Assembly (NCBI GenBank): GCA_015061805.1
Contig: SUVV01000009.1
Location: 31,990-95,989, forward strand
DNA from: Lentisphaerota bacterium
Lineage (GTDB): Bacteria > Verrucomicrobiota > Lentisphaeria > Victivallales > Victivallaceae
Direction: 5' to 3'
DNA: 64,000 bases
A model generated the notes under the pieces. That model searched no databases. It saw only the letters and a list, made by a program, of their open reading frames with translations, and was not told where the DNA came from. Shown here piece by piece: positions 28,435-38,651 of this stretch. The translations under genes and the position numbers were made by a program. The first letter of the stretch is position 1. Every line of letters begins with the position of its first letter.

Positions 28435-29748
28435 TCAACCTACGATGACCCGTTCTTCCGGATAACGCAGGCACTCCTTTTTTTCTTTTCCGACGAAAAA
28501 CAGAATTATGGTCACCGGGCCGATACGTCCGGCAAACATAAAAAGTATCAATAATAATTTTGCACCGCTGCCCCATTCCAAGGTGGTGCTCCCGGTGGAA
28601 AGTCCCGTGGCACTCAACGCCGATGCCGATTCAAAGAAGCAGGAAAGACTGCTCAACTCCGGGGTCAGACTTTTCAGAATCACCGTTCCCGCCCAAGTAA
28701 GCAGAATAAACAGCACCATCACGGTAAACGCCCGCAAAACTGTCCGCAGATCGATCGTGCGTTTGCGGATTATCACATTGTTGTCCCCGCGGAACGAGGC
28801 GGACAATGCCGCAATGACCACCGCCAGAGTGGTGGTTTTCATGCCGCCTGCCGCCGAACCGGGCGCCGCACCGATCAGCATCAGCACGATCAGCAATATC
28901 TGGCACGGCCCGGATAAACTGCCGGGATCGACCGTCGAATATCCGGTCGTTCTGCCGGAAACTGAAAGATATAATGAATCAAAAAGCCCCAACGTTGCCG
29001 TTTCGCTGTCGGTGTGACTGAGCATCCAGAGCAGCAATGCCCCGGCAATGATCAATATCCCCGCCATCCGGAGAACGATTCTGGTATGTAAGGTAAGATA
29101 AAGCGTTTTATGCTGAAAATAACGGATGAGATCGTAGACCGCATACACCCCCAGACCACCCAATATCATCAACGCCATGGAAACCGTTTGAACATAGGGA
29201 TTCAGTTGGGCAGCGCTCTGCGGCAGCGGCCCCATACCGGCATTGCAGAAACTGCCGACTGAAAAATAAAGCGAATACCACAACGAGTGAACTATTCCTT
29301 TGCCATCTGCCAGAAATCCGGGAAACATCAGCACTACCCCCAGAAGTTCCGCCGTCATAGTATAATGCACGACCGTCCGGGTCAGAGATTCCGTACCGCG
29401 CAGAGTAAAACGGTCATTGAGCGTGCTGATCATCAGGGTGTCACTGTAAGAAAGCCCCTTGCCCAGCACCAGCAGAACCATGGCACTCAAGGTCATGATG
29501 CCGAGAGTTCCGAACTGGATCAATACCAACAGGATCAACTGTCCGGCAAAGGTTAATTCAGTAAGCGGAACAGTGGTAAGACCATTGAGGCACACCGCAC
29601 TGCACGCCATGAACAGCGCATCAATAAACGCCAGACGGCCTTCGGGAAGCACTCCCGGCAGCAACAGCAATCCGGTACCGGTCAATATCAATCCGGCAAA
29701 AGATATCAGCAGAAACAACTGACCTTTGCGGGCAATGTTTATTTTCAT
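28435..29748 (-). CDS. trkH: Trk/Ktr potassium transporter membrane subunit
   Basis: Polytopic protein with repeated selectivity-filter-like segments (CLNGLT, NAGMG, GRTTGYST, SATGLSTG). The ATG at 29748 lies 1 nt after the upstream stop, so the ORF-track extension was discarded. Confidence 0.85.
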   Translation of the reverse strand: MKINIARKGQLFLLISFAGLILTGTGLLLLPGVLPEGRLAFIDALFMACSAVCLNGLTTVPLTELTFAGQLILLVLIQFGTLGIMTLSAMVLLVLGKGLSYSDTLMISTLNDRFTLRGTESLTRTVVHYTMTAELLGVVLMFPGFLADGKGIVHSLWYSLYFSVGSFCNAGMGPLPQSAAQLNPYVQTVSMALMILGGLGVYAVYDLIRYFQHKTLYLTLHTRIVLRMAGILIIAGALLLWMLSHTDSETATLGLFDSLYLSVSGRTTGYSTVDPGSLSGPCQILLIVLMLIGAAPGSAAGGMKTTTLAVVIAALSASFRGDNNVIIRKRTIDLRTVLRAFTVMVLFILLTWAGTVILKSLTPELSSLSCFFESASALSATGLSTGSTTLEWGSGAKLLLILFMFAGRIGPVTIILFFVGKEKKECLRYPEERVIVG

Positions 29749-29749
29749 C

Positions 29750-30259
29750 TTACCATGCTTCTGTAAGGTTTGAAACCACGCTCCGGGCGGCATCAAACAG
29801 CGCTTGGCGCATGCCGTTGGTGCGGGCATTTTCCAAATCAGCATCGCTCACGAACTGGGAAGTACCTGAGACCATACGCGGACCGATAAGCGGCTTGGCG
29901 CGGCCGGGGATGACCACTGAAAATTCCACATCCGCAGTAACCGTCCATTCGTTGGGCAGAAATTCATCATCATCGCTGATGTGACCGCTGCTCTCTTTGT
30001 AGGTGATCTTCACGATCCTGGCGTAAACGATACAGTCGGCGTTGCCGATACTTTTGAGTTTCAGTGAACCGTCGGTGGTAAAGAGTTCTGCCAGTTTCTG
30101 ACGCAACACCGCCGAAGCATTGTACCTGATGGTCTCATTGACGACCGGCGCCACGGCAACGCTGGAAATCTGGGGGTGCATCAGCGAACCGACACGGTAG
30201 CCGCATCCGGAAAACATCAGCGCCGCAGTAACAGCAATGGAGAGGAAAAAGGTTTTCAT
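29750..30259 (-). CDS. LPS-assembly lipoprotein LptE-like
   Basis: Lipobox MFSGCGYRVGS (LptE proteins typically begin GCG-aromatic after cleavage), about 170 aa. It lies in an outer-membrane biogenesis context (kdsD, BamD-like). Confidence 0.55.
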   Translation of the reverse strand: MKTFFLSIAVTAALMFSGCGYRVGSLMHPQISSVAVAPVVNETIRYNASAVLRQKLAELFTTDGSLKLKSIGNADCIVYARIVKITYKESSGHISDDDEFLPNEWTVTADVEFSVVIPGRAKPLIGPRMVSGTSQFVSDADLENARTNGMRQALFDAARSVVSNLTEAW

Positions 30260-30260
30260 G

Positions 30261-31346
30261 TCAGAATTTTCCTGCAGTTTGATTTTTGTCGATCTTCAAA
30301 TCCGGCAGGGGAAGCAGGAAATGGCTTCCGGGATTCAGCGGAGAGATCAACTCTTTTTCGGCTTCAACGGGAATCCGGTAGGCATGGATCGGCATCAGCC
30401 GCGCTTCCGGAGCTGGGGCGAAATCACCCGGCAGATAGGTATTGTCCAGTTTGGAAAGTTCTTTTTCGGCATCAGCTGCCGGGCGGCTTTCCGGGAAATT
30501 CTGCACCAGTTTTGCCAGATAGCGCGCCGCCACATCCGAACGGCCGGTGCTGCGGTAGTACTCTGCCATCTCTTTGAGGGTTTCCGCCTGAATATCTCTT
30601 GCTTCAGCGATCTTGCGCTTGGCGAAGTTCAATTCCGGAGCCTTTCCGTTACCGGCAGAATATGCGTTGAGATACTTCAATGATTCATTGACCAGCGTTC
30701 CGTCACCGTCACCGCCGCGCCGGGCGATCTCCAACAGACCGTTGCCCAAAGCCAGCATAGCATAGGGAGTTTCAGCAGCAGAAGGATGATCTTTGATCAT
30801 TTTTCGCAAGGTGTCCAGCGATTTCATCGTCTGACCTTCCATCTCATACCAGTACGCCAGACTGAGCATCGCCTGCGGAGCCTGGGGAGCGAAAGGAGAA
30901 CGTTTCAACGCCTTGGTGTAGACCTCTTCGGTATAATCCGGGCCGACCAGCCAGGGAATCCAGCGCAGCGCCCAGAATGCCGGATCACGCCGTCCCTGCC
31001 GGAAAGCGTTGCCGATCTCGAACTGACGGTTCACCATCTCCTGATAGTTGCCGTATTCCACATATTTGTCCAGCAGAAGTTCGATCGCTTTGAACTCTTC
31101 ATAATAGAGTCCGCACATCCGGTAAGCACCGATTTTAGCAAGCAGACTGTTGGCGCGGATGGCAGATGCGGAAGCAAGCAGATAACTCTCCTCAAAGCAC
31201 TCTGCCGCATCGCGGTATTCACCTTTAAGATAAAGTTCTCTCCCCTTGCTGTATTTGGCTTCGGCCTCGGCATCAGAAGCCATAAGCGGCATCATCGCGA
31301 AGACCGCCGCGATCATCAGAATAAATTTACTGATTTGGCGCACCAT
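30261..31346 (-). CDS. TPR-repeat protein, BamD/YfiO-like
   Basis: Signal peptide, then TPR-like repeats (YSKGRELYLKGEYRDAAECFEE, MLSLAYWYEMEGQ). No lipobox Cys, so the BamD assignment is tentative. Confidence 0.4.
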   Translation of the reverse strand: MVRQISKFILMIAAVFAMMPLMASDAEAEAKYSKGRELYLKGEYRDAAECFEESYLLASASAIRANSLLAKIGAYRMCGLYYEEFKAIELLLDKYVEYGNYQEMVNRQFEIGNAFRQGRRDPAFWALRWIPWLVGPDYTEEVYTKALKRSPFAPQAPQAMLSLAYWYEMEGQTMKSLDTLRKMIKDHPSAAETPYAMLALGNGLLEIARRGGDGDGTLVNESLKYLNAYSAGNGKAPELNFAKRKIAEARDIQAETLKEMAEYYRSTGRSDVAARYLAKLVQNFPESRPAADAEKELSKLDNTYLPGDFAPAPEARLMPIHAYRIPVEAEKELISPLNPGSHFLLPLPDLKIDKNQTAGKF

Positions 31347-31395
31347 CTCTTTTTTTCAACTCCCAAAACTGCTGTTCGTTCCAAACCTGGAACGG

Positions 31396-32391
31396 TTACA
31401 TTATTTTCAATCCGGGCAAATCCTGAATATCGATAAATCCGGCAACTTTACCGTCGTTACCGATCACAACCAGATCATCGATCCGCCGGTTTTCGACCAC
31501 CTTGATCACTTCAGCGACCATGGCATCGACCTTTACGGTGACCGGATTTACGGTCATTACTTCCGACATTTTGCGTTTGAGGACATCTTCATCATCGGCG
31601 GCACGGCGGCGGAAATCACCGTCGGTGAATATGCCGAGCAGAGAATTATCTTCATCGACAACGATCGCCGCTCCGCTGCGGGCGCGGCTCATTTCATACA
31701 AAGTTTCACGGACAGAACTCTCTGCCTTGACCAGAGCGCTGTTTTCCGGTTTGCGCATCACATCTCCGGCAGTCATCGTCACCATGCGGCCGATCGCACC
31801 GCCGGGGTGACGGCGGCCGTAATCAGACTTGGTGAAGCCGTGCTGATCGAGCAGTACCATTGCCAGAGCATCGCCCAGCACCAATAACGCAGTGGTACTG
31901 GTGGTGGGAGCAAGATTAAAGGGACACGCTTCCTTGGGAACCGGCATTTCAAAGGTGAAATCGCTCATCCTGCCCAGCGAAGAATCTTTGCTTGCGGCAA
32001 TGGCGATCAGCGGCACACCGAGCCGCTTGGCAGGCGGCAGAACCGCGAGCAGTTCTTCTGTTTCGCCGCTGTAGGATATGGCGATGAGCAGATCGCCCTT
32101 TTGAAGCAGACCGAGATCGCCGTGGCGCGCCTCCACCGGGTGCATGAAAACCGACGGATTGCCGACACTGCTCAAAGTAGCTGCCATTTTTTTACCGATG
32201 TAACCGGATTTTCCGACACCGGTTATCACCAATTTGCCGCCGCGGACGATGGTTTCGGAACACCGCCCGACCAATTCGGCAAAAGAATCATTCAACCGCG
32301 CTTTTACAGCATTGATACCATCGATTTCGATATCAAACACTTCGTGGGCGCGTTGTAAAATCTGTTCTTTGCATCCCATAGAAATTACCAC
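31396..32391 (-). CDS. kdsD: Arabinose-5-phosphate isomerase (SIS + tandem CBS)
   Basis: SIS motif GKLVITGVGKSGYIGKKMAATLSSVG, followed by two CBS domains, 331 aa. Confidence 0.85.
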   Translation of the reverse strand: MVISMGCKEQILQRAHEVFDIEIDGINAVKARLNDSFAELVGRCSETIVRGGKLVITGVGKSGYIGKKMAATLSSVGNPSVFMHPVEARHGDLGLLQKGDLLIAISYSGETEELLAVLPPAKRLGVPLIAIAASKDSSLGRMSDFTFEMPVPKEACPFNLAPTTSTTALLVLGDALAMVLLDQHGFTKSDYGRRHPGGAIGRMVTMTAGDVMRKPENSALVKAESSVRETLYEMSRARSGAAIVVDEDNSLLGIFTDGDFRRRAADDEDVLKRKMSEVMTVNPVTVKVDAMVAEVIKVVENRRIDDLVVIGNDGKVAGFIDIQDLPGLKIM

Positions 32392-32406
32392 AACTTTGTT
32401 TTTGTA

Positions 32407-33273
32407 TTACAAACGGCAGGCACTGATTTCAGAAATGATGATACCGCGGCCGCCGATACTGTAAAGTTCATCCATGACGGCATTGAAACCCTTGCGTTTG
32501 ACCATCGCCTTGACGGCGATCCAATTGGAGTTGGAAAGCGGAGAAACGGTCGGAGATTCCACTCCCGGAGTGATCTTGCAGGCATCATCAAGTTTTTCAC
32601 GGGGAATGTTGTATTCGATCATAACATATTCAGAAGCGATGAGAATACCGCGCAGACGGGCAATCAGTTTTGCCACGTCGGCATTGTCCATGACACCTTT
32701 GTTTCTGCCGATGAGTACGGCTTCGCTGTGAAGCATCGGTTCGCCGATGATCTCCAGTCCGGCTTCCCGCAAAGTGGCGCCGGATTCGACCACGTCGGCA
32801 ATGGCATCTGCCACACCGAGGGCGATGGAAATTTCGACCGCACCGTCGAGTTTGACGATTTTGCAGTTCATATTGCGCTTGGCAAGTTCACTGCGGAGCA
32901 GATCAGGATAACTGGTGGCGATCCGCAGACCGTCAAGTTGTTCAACACTCATCTTTTTCGCTTTGGGAGTGGCGAAGCAGTAACGGGACTTGCCGAAACC
33001 GAGTTTGTAGAGGACTTCCACATCAGCACCGCTGTCGCCGGCGAGGTCGATGCCGGTGATACCCAGATCGATGATACCGTTACCGACATAGAGTGCGATA
33101 TCGCGCGGACGCAGAAAAACAAAATCAATTCCGTTTTCGCTGTCGCTTACAACCAGTTCTCTGCCGGAACGGGAACAGCGGTAACCTGCACGCTGGAGCA
33201 GAGACACCGCACCTTCGGACAAAGCCCCCTTGTTGGGGACTGCCAGTTTCAAATTTCCGATAAAGTCATTCAT
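32407..33273 (-). CDS. hisG: ATP phosphoribosyltransferase, long form
   Basis: [14 protein letters not shown]-terminus, GIDLGITG motif and a C-terminal regulatory domain, 288 aa. ATGA overlap with hisE. Confidence 0.9.
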   Translation of the reverse strand: MNDFIGNLKLAVPNKGALSEGAVSLLQRAGYRCSRSGRELVVSDSENGIDFVFLRPRDIALYVGNGIIDLGITGIDLAGDSGADVEVLYKLGFGKSRYCFATPKAKKMSVEQLDGLRIATSYPDLLRSELAKRNMNCKIVKLDGAVEISIALGVADAIADVVESGATLREAGLEIIGEPMLHSEAVLIGRNKGVMDNADVAKLIARLRGILIASEYVMIEYNIPREKLDDACKITPGVESPTVSPLSNSNWIAVKAMVKRKGFNAVMDELYSIGGRGIIISEISACRL

Positions 33274-33533
33274 AAGTACTTGTAAACATCCTCAAGTTCA
33301 AGTTTGCGGTCGATCATCATCACCTGCAGATGATAGAGAAGCTGTGAGATCTCTTCGGCGGTCTTTTCCCGACCTTCATATTCGGAAGCGATCCAGACTT
33401 CTCCGGCCTCTTCCACGATTTTTTTACCGATGAAATGGGTTCCTTTCGCCAGTTCTTTAACAGTTCCGGAGGCGGGATCTCCCGCTTTGGCTTTTGCCTG
33501 CAGTTCGGCAAATAATCCCTCAAATGTTTTCAT
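33270..33533 (-). CDS. hisE: Phosphoribosyl-ATP pyrophosphatase
   Basis: 87 aa with [11 protein letters not shown]...[19 protein letters not shown]...[14 protein letters not shown], typical of stand-alone HisE (MazG-like). Confidence 0.85.
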   Translation of the reverse strand: MKTFEGLFAELQAKAKAGDPASGTVKELAKGTHFIGKKIVEEAGEVWIASEYEGREKTAEEISQLLYHLQVMMIDRKLELEDVYKYL

Positions 33534-33677
33534 TGTATTTTTTTCCCTGCGCTATGTTGGGTTTAAGTTAATATAATACACCGTCAATAACATACACCCG
33601 AATCGGGCAAGTTTCAACCGCAGAACTGCAAAAAAGCGGATTTTGACATGCAGTTTACCAATATTCAGAGGGAATCG

Positions 33678-34157
33678 TCAGAAATTGCATCTGATCGCAT
33701 CAGAGAATCCCGTCAGATCTTTCTGCGCCTCTTTGGCAACTTCCAGATCATCAAATATCCGCATCCGGCACCGGGGATCATCCGGAGCCATCATGTCATA
33801 GATCACATAGAGTCCGGCTTTGGTGAGCAGAGGGAGGAGCCAGCCGCTGCAATGCAGACAATACTTCGGACAAACTCCGGCATCGTTGTCGATCGCCTTG
33901 GAAAGACTCGGACATTTACGCATGAAAAAGCTGAACTCATGTTCCTTGAGTTCCATCTCCATATCGCAGTTTTCCTCTTTGCGTATCTTGAGATAATACT
34001 CATAAATTCCTGCCACTCCCTTGTCGCGGAAAAGTTCAAGACAATGGAACTCCTGATGACGGCTGATGTGCAGATAGTAGGCTTCCAGATCGTTTTTTTC
34101 ATCCAGGAACTTGAAAACTTCGTTGTAAAAACGGACAAAATGATCACTTGGAATCAT
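33678..34157 (-). CDS. Hypothetical small Cys-motif protein (possibly ATC-hydrolase-like fold)
   Basis: 159 aa with the motifs RKCPSL...GVCPKYCLHCSGW and PRCRMRIF. The start lies 3 nt after the preceding stop, at the distal end of the sugar-acid operon. Confidence 0.4.
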   Translation of the reverse strand: MIPSDHFVRFYNEVFKFLDEKNDLEAYYLHISRHQEFHCLELFRDKGVAGIYEYYLKIRKEENCDMEMELKEHEFSFFMRKCPSLSKAIDNDAGVCPKYCLHCSGWLLPLLTKAGLYVIYDMMAPDDPRCRMRIFDDLEVAKEAQKDLTGFSDAIRCNF

Positions 34158-34160
34158 AGT

Positions 34161-34601
34161 TCACAACTCCTTTTTGAAACTCTGGATGCAATGTCCTTCA
34201 CCAATGATTTCCAATGAAGCGCGCCACATGGTGTTTTCGCACATACCTTCATTGACACAACGGGTTTGCAGGCAAACGTGTTCCGAGGGTTCCATCCCCA
34301 GTTTCCGCAGATGGCGGATCGCCGGACACTCCAGTACCTCGAAAACTATTTTCTCCGGAGAAACACTCAAATTGTACCGCCCCTTTTCCCGGTTGAAAAA
34401 CCAGTTGAGGTGTTCGATCAACTCCGAAGCATCTCCGGCCGCCAGTTTGTCATGGATGGACTTGTAGACCCGGCTTCCGGTGCGGCGCAGGATCATCTCC
34501 AATGCTTCCACGCCGTATTTGTCTGCGATATATTCCAATGTGGCATTGGTCGTGCCGTGGAAATCCATGTGCAGTTCATTATTTTCCTGATAACGCAGCA
34601 T
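34161..34601 (-). CDS. Hypothetical small Cys-motif protein (possibly ATC-hydrolase-like fold)
   Basis: 146 aa with the motifs LECPAIRHLRKLG...HVCLQTRCVNEGMC and GEGHCIQSF. The start lies 3 nt after the AKR stop. Confidence 0.4.
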   Translation of the reverse strand: MLRYQENNELHMDFHGTTNATLEYIADKYGVEALEMILRRTGSRVYKSIHDKLAAGDASELIEHLNWFFNREKGRYNLSVSPEKIVFEVLECPAIRHLRKLGMEPSEHVCLQTRCVNEGMCENTMWRASLEIIGEGHCIQSFKKEL

Positions 34602-34604
34602 GAT

Positions 34605-35477
34605 TTACCCTTTTATGTGATTCAACTCTTTGTAACGATTCCACATGAATGGCGAAACACAGATTTCCGGCAGAGGGGGCAGGACGATCGCTTCGATCTG
34701 CTCCAACATATCATCCGGCAGGGGAGACATTTGAGCGATCCGCAGATTTTCGCGCAACTGGTCAACCGTTTCCACGCCGGTAAGAATACTTTTATTTCCC
34801 GGTTTGGCAAACAGATAACGCAGAGCGAGTTCCGCCATCGGCACACCGAGAGATCCCAGCTGGCGCCGTTTTTCTGCGACTTCCCGGATGAAAATCTTAT
34901 TCTCATCCATCAGCAGCATCCCCTGCAGATAAGCGCCCCGGATGAAGCAGTGACGTTCCCCTTGAGCAAAGCAATGGTCAAAGCGGTGATCAAGCAGACT
35001 GCAGGGAACCTGCAGGCAGTCAGCATCTTTGCCATCGTCCTTGCGGGCAAGGGTATTGAGCGATATCCCGGCTGAAAGAACAAGTCCCTTTTTTTTCATC
35101 GATTTGAGGATATCCAGATATATTCCGTCCTCCTCAACATGAATAAGCGCCCCGGAAATCACATCGATCTGCAGACGTTTCAGCGATCGTTTCAGAGAAT
35201 CTTCAATGAATTTTTCCGGGTCGCACTCCGCCGGGATCCGGGGGATCTTGGTCACGACCTGAAATTTACCGGCAAGGTTCAACTCTTTCAGCACTTTGCC
35301 GATGACATCTTCGCTGTCGCCGTATTCCGGAGCGGTATCCAGTGCGTTGATACCGCCGTCGAAGGCTTCTGCCATGATTTGCTTTGCCGTTTCATACGAC
35401 GGTTTGCCGTTGGTATTCGCCACGCCGTAATCCATGCCGAACTGCACCGTCCCCAGCATCAATCGGGAGAATTTCAT
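34605..35477 (-). CDS. Aldo/keto reductase
   Basis: LGTVQFGMDYG...INALDTAPEYGDSEDVIG is a typical AKR N-terminal signature, 290 aa. Confidence 0.85.
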   Translation of the reverse strand: MKFSRLMLGTVQFGMDYGVANTNGKPSYETAKQIMAEAFDGGINALDTAPEYGDSEDVIGKVLKELNLAGKFQVVTKIPRIPAECDPEKFIEDSLKRSLKRLQIDVISGALIHVEEDGIYLDILKSMKKKGLVLSAGISLNTLARKDDGKDADCLQVPCSLLDHRFDHCFAQGERHCFIRGAYLQGMLLMDENKIFIREVAEKRRQLGSLGVPMAELALRYLFAKPGNKSILTGVETVDQLRENLRIAQMSPLPDDMLEQIEAIVLPPLPEICVSPFMWNRYKELNHIKG

Positions 35478-36274
35478 ATCGCCGAATACCCCCCGTCAAT
35501 GACCAGATTGTGTCCGGTCACAAAATTTGAAGCTCCGCTGGCAAGATAGACGATACCGCCTTTGAGATCATCACTGCCGCAAATGCGGTTGAGCAAAGTA
35601 CGTTTGCGGTGCTGATAATGGAATCTGGTACACTCATTTTCCGGGACTTCCAGTCCGATCAGACTGACACAGTTGACCCGGATGCCGTATTTGCCGAGAA
35701 CACTTGCCGCCCAACGGGTGAAGTTGAGCATACCGCCTTTTTCATAGTGATACGCCGGACTCGGCCATTCGATCCGGTCGGTCTGCATACCGGTTCCCTC
35801 ATAATTGGCGTGATCGAGTCCGAGCATTCCCATGTAGGAACCGATATTGATGATCGATCCGCCGCGCTCTTTCATCGCTTCCGCCGCGAGGCGGGTCAGC
35901 AGAAACAGCGCCGAAGCATTGGCATGCAGACTGCGGTCGAATTCCGCCATCGGCAGTTCCCAGCCGGCAAGCGCGGTACGGGCGACCGCGTTGTTGACCA
36001 GAATATCCAGTTGCCCCGCTTCCCGGATGATCTGCGCGATAACGTTGTGGATATCCTCTTCGTTTTCCAGATCCAGTTTCAAAATTTTCATACCGGGATA
36101 ATCTTTGGCGAAACCGGCCAGTTTTGCCAGATTGCGCGAAGCGATAAAGACCGTTGCTCCCGCTTCATAGAGTGCTTCGGCACATTGGGCGCCGTATCCT
36201 TTGCGGTCACCGGCGCCGGTAACGAGAGCGACCTTGCCGTGACAGGAAAACATCTCCATGGTATTCATGGTCAA
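35474..36274 (-). CDS. Short-chain dehydrogenase/reductase (SDR)
   Basis: GKVALVTGAGDRKGYG cofactor motif, NNAV motif and YHYEK (YxxxK) catalytic motif. ATGA overlaps on both sides. Confidence 0.85.
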   Translation of the reverse strand: MTMNTMEMFSCHGKVALVTGAGDRKGYGAQCAEALYEAGATVFIASRNLAKLAGFAKDYPGMKILKLDLENEEDIHNVIAQIIREAGQLDILVNNAVARTALAGWELPMAEFDRSLHANASALFLLTRLAAEAMKERGGSIINIGSYMGMLGLDHANYEGTGMQTDRIEWPSPAYHYEKGGMLNFTRWAASVLGKYGIRVNCVSLIGLEVPENECTRFHYQHRKRTLLNRICGSDDLKGGIVYLASGASNFVTGHNLVIDGGYSAI

Positions 36275-37170
36275 TCCAATTCTGCTTTGAATTCAGCCAG
36301 AGTTGCTTCAACGCGCGCTTTGGCAGTGTCAGTAAGCGAGTCCATCTCCTGAGCAATGGTAAAGGGAGAAGCGGTCAGACCGAGTTTGCAGAGCGCATAT
36401 TTCTGACCGTTCCACACATTGGCAAGATCGATACCGTAGACCCCGTGGAAAAGTTTGATCATCCGGTTCTGGGCGGCGACGGCTCCGGCAATGTCGCCGT
36501 TGTCCACACAGGAAGCCAGAGTTTTCATCATTTTTGAACAGAGCGCACCCATGCCGCAGATCATACCGTCACATCCGGCGATGAGCGCTTCATCGGCTGC
36601 CCACTCCTGACCTTCAAAGAAGAGGGTATTCAACTGCTGCTCTTCGCGGAGGATGAGCAGTTCCCGGCGCAGCCACATGTTGGATGCGGAATTTTTGATA
36701 CCTTTCAAATTGGGGTGACGCATGATGGTTTCAAACTGATTGAGCGAAAGGTTGATGCCATTGTTGGGAGGACAATGGTAATAGTAGACCGGTTTTTCAG
36801 CGGCATCCAGAACTTTCAGAATCGATTTGACCGGGTCGAGCGCCGAAGTTTTGCCCGGAAGCATGAAAACATAGGCATCGACATCATATTTGGCATAATC
36901 TTTCATTATCTCCAATGAAAGCGGCAGACTGGTCGCATTGATACCGGCAAGGATCTCCATGCGGTGCTGAACACAATCGACTGCCAGTTCCACCGCTTCA
37001 GCTTTGAAAGCGTTGGAGAAACTGCCCCATTCACCCATCGAACCGAAAAGAAACACTCCATCGATACCGTGACGGATGTTGCGTTCCAGAATATTTTGCA
37101 ATCCGGCTTTATCCAATGCTCCGTTTTCAAGCAGCGGAGTGACGGTTGCGCTGATAACTTTTTTGCTCAT
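36271..37170 (-). CDS. DapA/NanA-family class I aldolase (N-acetylneuraminate lyase-like)
   Basis: TPLLENGALD, GVFLFGSMGEW, YYYHCP and the Schiff-base lysine context LKGIKNS, 299 aa. Confidence 0.75.
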   Translation of the reverse strand: MSKKVISATVTPLLENGALDKAGLQNILERNIRHGIDGVFLFGSMGEWGSFSNAFKAEAVELAVDCVQHRMEILAGINATSLPLSLEIMKDYAKYDVDAYVFMLPGKTSALDPVKSILKVLDAAEKPVYYYHCPPNNGINLSLNQFETIMRHPNLKGIKNSASNMWLRRELLILREEQQLNTLFFEGQEWAADEALIAGCDGMICGMGALCSKMMKTLASCVDNGDIAGAVAAQNRMIKLFHGVYGIDLANVWNGQKYALCKLGLTASPFTIAQEMDSLTDTAKARVEATLAEFKAELD

Positions 37171-37192
37171 AAAAATATATCCCCTTATGTTT

Positions 37193-37912
37193 TTAATTTT
37201 TGGTTGTCAATGACCACGGAGTACCGACCGGATTGCAGCAGGAACTTTCCGGGTCATAGATATCAAGGGTCTGAAAAATACATTTTGCCATCTCCAGATG
37301 GCCCTTGCCGCCGGGATGAATGGCTTCGCCGAGCCACAGTTTCAATTCCTCCTCACCGATTGCGAAGTGGTTCCAATACTTTTCGTGATCGACCAGTATG
37401 ACCGATTCGGTGGAAGCGACCTGCCGGACGACCTGATTGTATTCCGGAAGTTTCTCATAGCGGGTCATGTAGTTATCATTCTCCGGAACATGGAGGATAT
37501 TGCCGTTGGTCTGCAATACCGGAATCGCTCCGTCATCACGCACCCGGCGCACCAGGGAGATCAGATTATCGCGGTATTTCTCTGCACTTCTGACTTTAAC
37601 GGTATCATTCATACCGATAAGGATCAGCACCGCATCCGGCTTGAAGCGCCGCACCCGCCAGTCGTAACGTTTCTCATCCAGCAGTTGGACGGTAGACTGA
37701 CCGCTGATGCCGGTGTTGATAACCACATCATACAGGAAACGCATCTCCCAGCGCAACCTTTCAGCGAAGATTTCCGGAAATGAACGGAAACCTCTGGTAT
37801 GCGCCGCGCCATGGGTGATCGAATCTCCGTAAAACACCCACGTCCACGGCGCCGATGCTTTGGATTTCAAGTGCTGTGAAATCTTTTCAAAATCAATTTG
37901 AGCCTGTTCCAT
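37193..37912 (-). CDS. SGNH/GDSL-family esterase, paralog 1
   Basis: WVFYGDSITHGA (block I GDS), ILIGMND (block III) and AIHPGGKGH (block V His). Confidence 0.8.
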   Translation of the reverse strand: MEQAQIDFEKISQHLKSKASAPWTWVFYGDSITHGAAHTRGFRSFPEIFAERLRWEMRFLYDVVINTGISGQSTVQLLDEKRYDWRVRRFKPDAVLILIGMNDTVKVRSAEKYRDNLISLVRRVRDDGAIPVLQTNGNILHVPENDNYMTRYEKLPEYNQVVRQVASTESVILVDHEKYWNHFAIGEEELKLWLGEAIHPGGKGHLEMAKCIFQTLDIYDPESSCCNPVGTPWSLTTKN

Positions 37913-37923
37913 AAATTACCTCA

Positions 37924-38637
37924 TTATTCTGCAAGTGACCATGGAGTACCGATCGGATTTGCCGAAAGGGATTCCGGATTATAGATACCGAAGGTTTGAA
38001 AAATACATTTTGCGATTTCCAGATGACCTTTGCCGCCGGGGTGAATGGATTCACCCAGCCAGAATTTCAAAGTTTTCTCATCCGGAATATTGTCATTCCA
38101 GTATTTGTTATTGTCGATCAGAATGACCGATTCTGCTGCGGCGGCATCCCGGATGATCTGATTGTACTCCTGCCATTTATTGTAACGGATCATGTACTCT
38201 TCTTTTTCAGGAACCGGAAGGATTTTTCCATAAGTTTGAAGCAGCGGGATCGCGTTATCTGCCCGCACCCGGCGCACCAGTTCAACGAGATTATCCCGGA
38301 ATTGATCCGGATTTTTCAAATGGATGATATCATTTCCTCCGATAAGGATCGACACCGCATCCGGATTGAAGCGGCGCACCCGCCATTCATAAAATTTTTC
38401 ATCCAGCAGATGAACTGTGGTCTGACCGCTGATCGCGGTATTGATGACCACGTCATAAAGGAGCCGCAGTTCCCAACGCACTCTTTCTGCAAAAATTTCC
38501 GGGAAGGCACGGAAACCTCTGGTGTGTGCCGCCCCGTGAGTGGCAGAATCTCCATAAAAGACCCATGTCCACGGAGATGAACCGTTGGAATTCAAATGCT
38601 GTGAAATCTTTTCAAGATCAATTTGAGCCTGTGTCAT
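37924..38637 (-). CDS. SGNH/GDSL-family esterase, paralog 2
   Basis: WVFYGDSATHGA, ILIGGND and SIHPGGKGH. Roughly two thirds of residues are identical to paralog 1 by eye. The ATG at 38637 is preceded by GAGGG; the ORF track starts at 38649. Confidence 0.8.
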   Translation of the reverse strand: MTQAQIDLEKISQHLNSNGSSPWTWVFYGDSATHGAAHTRGFRAFPEIFAERVRWELRLLYDVVINTAISGQTTVHLLDEKFYEWRVRRFNPDAVSILIGGNDIIHLKNPDQFRDNLVELVRRVRADNAIPLLQTYGKILPVPEKEEYMIRYNKWQEYNQIIRDAAAAESVILIDNNKYWNDNIPDEKTLKFWLGESIHPGGKGHLEIAKCIFQTFGIYNPESLSANPIGTPWSLAE

Positions 38638-38651
38638 ACACACCCTCATTT

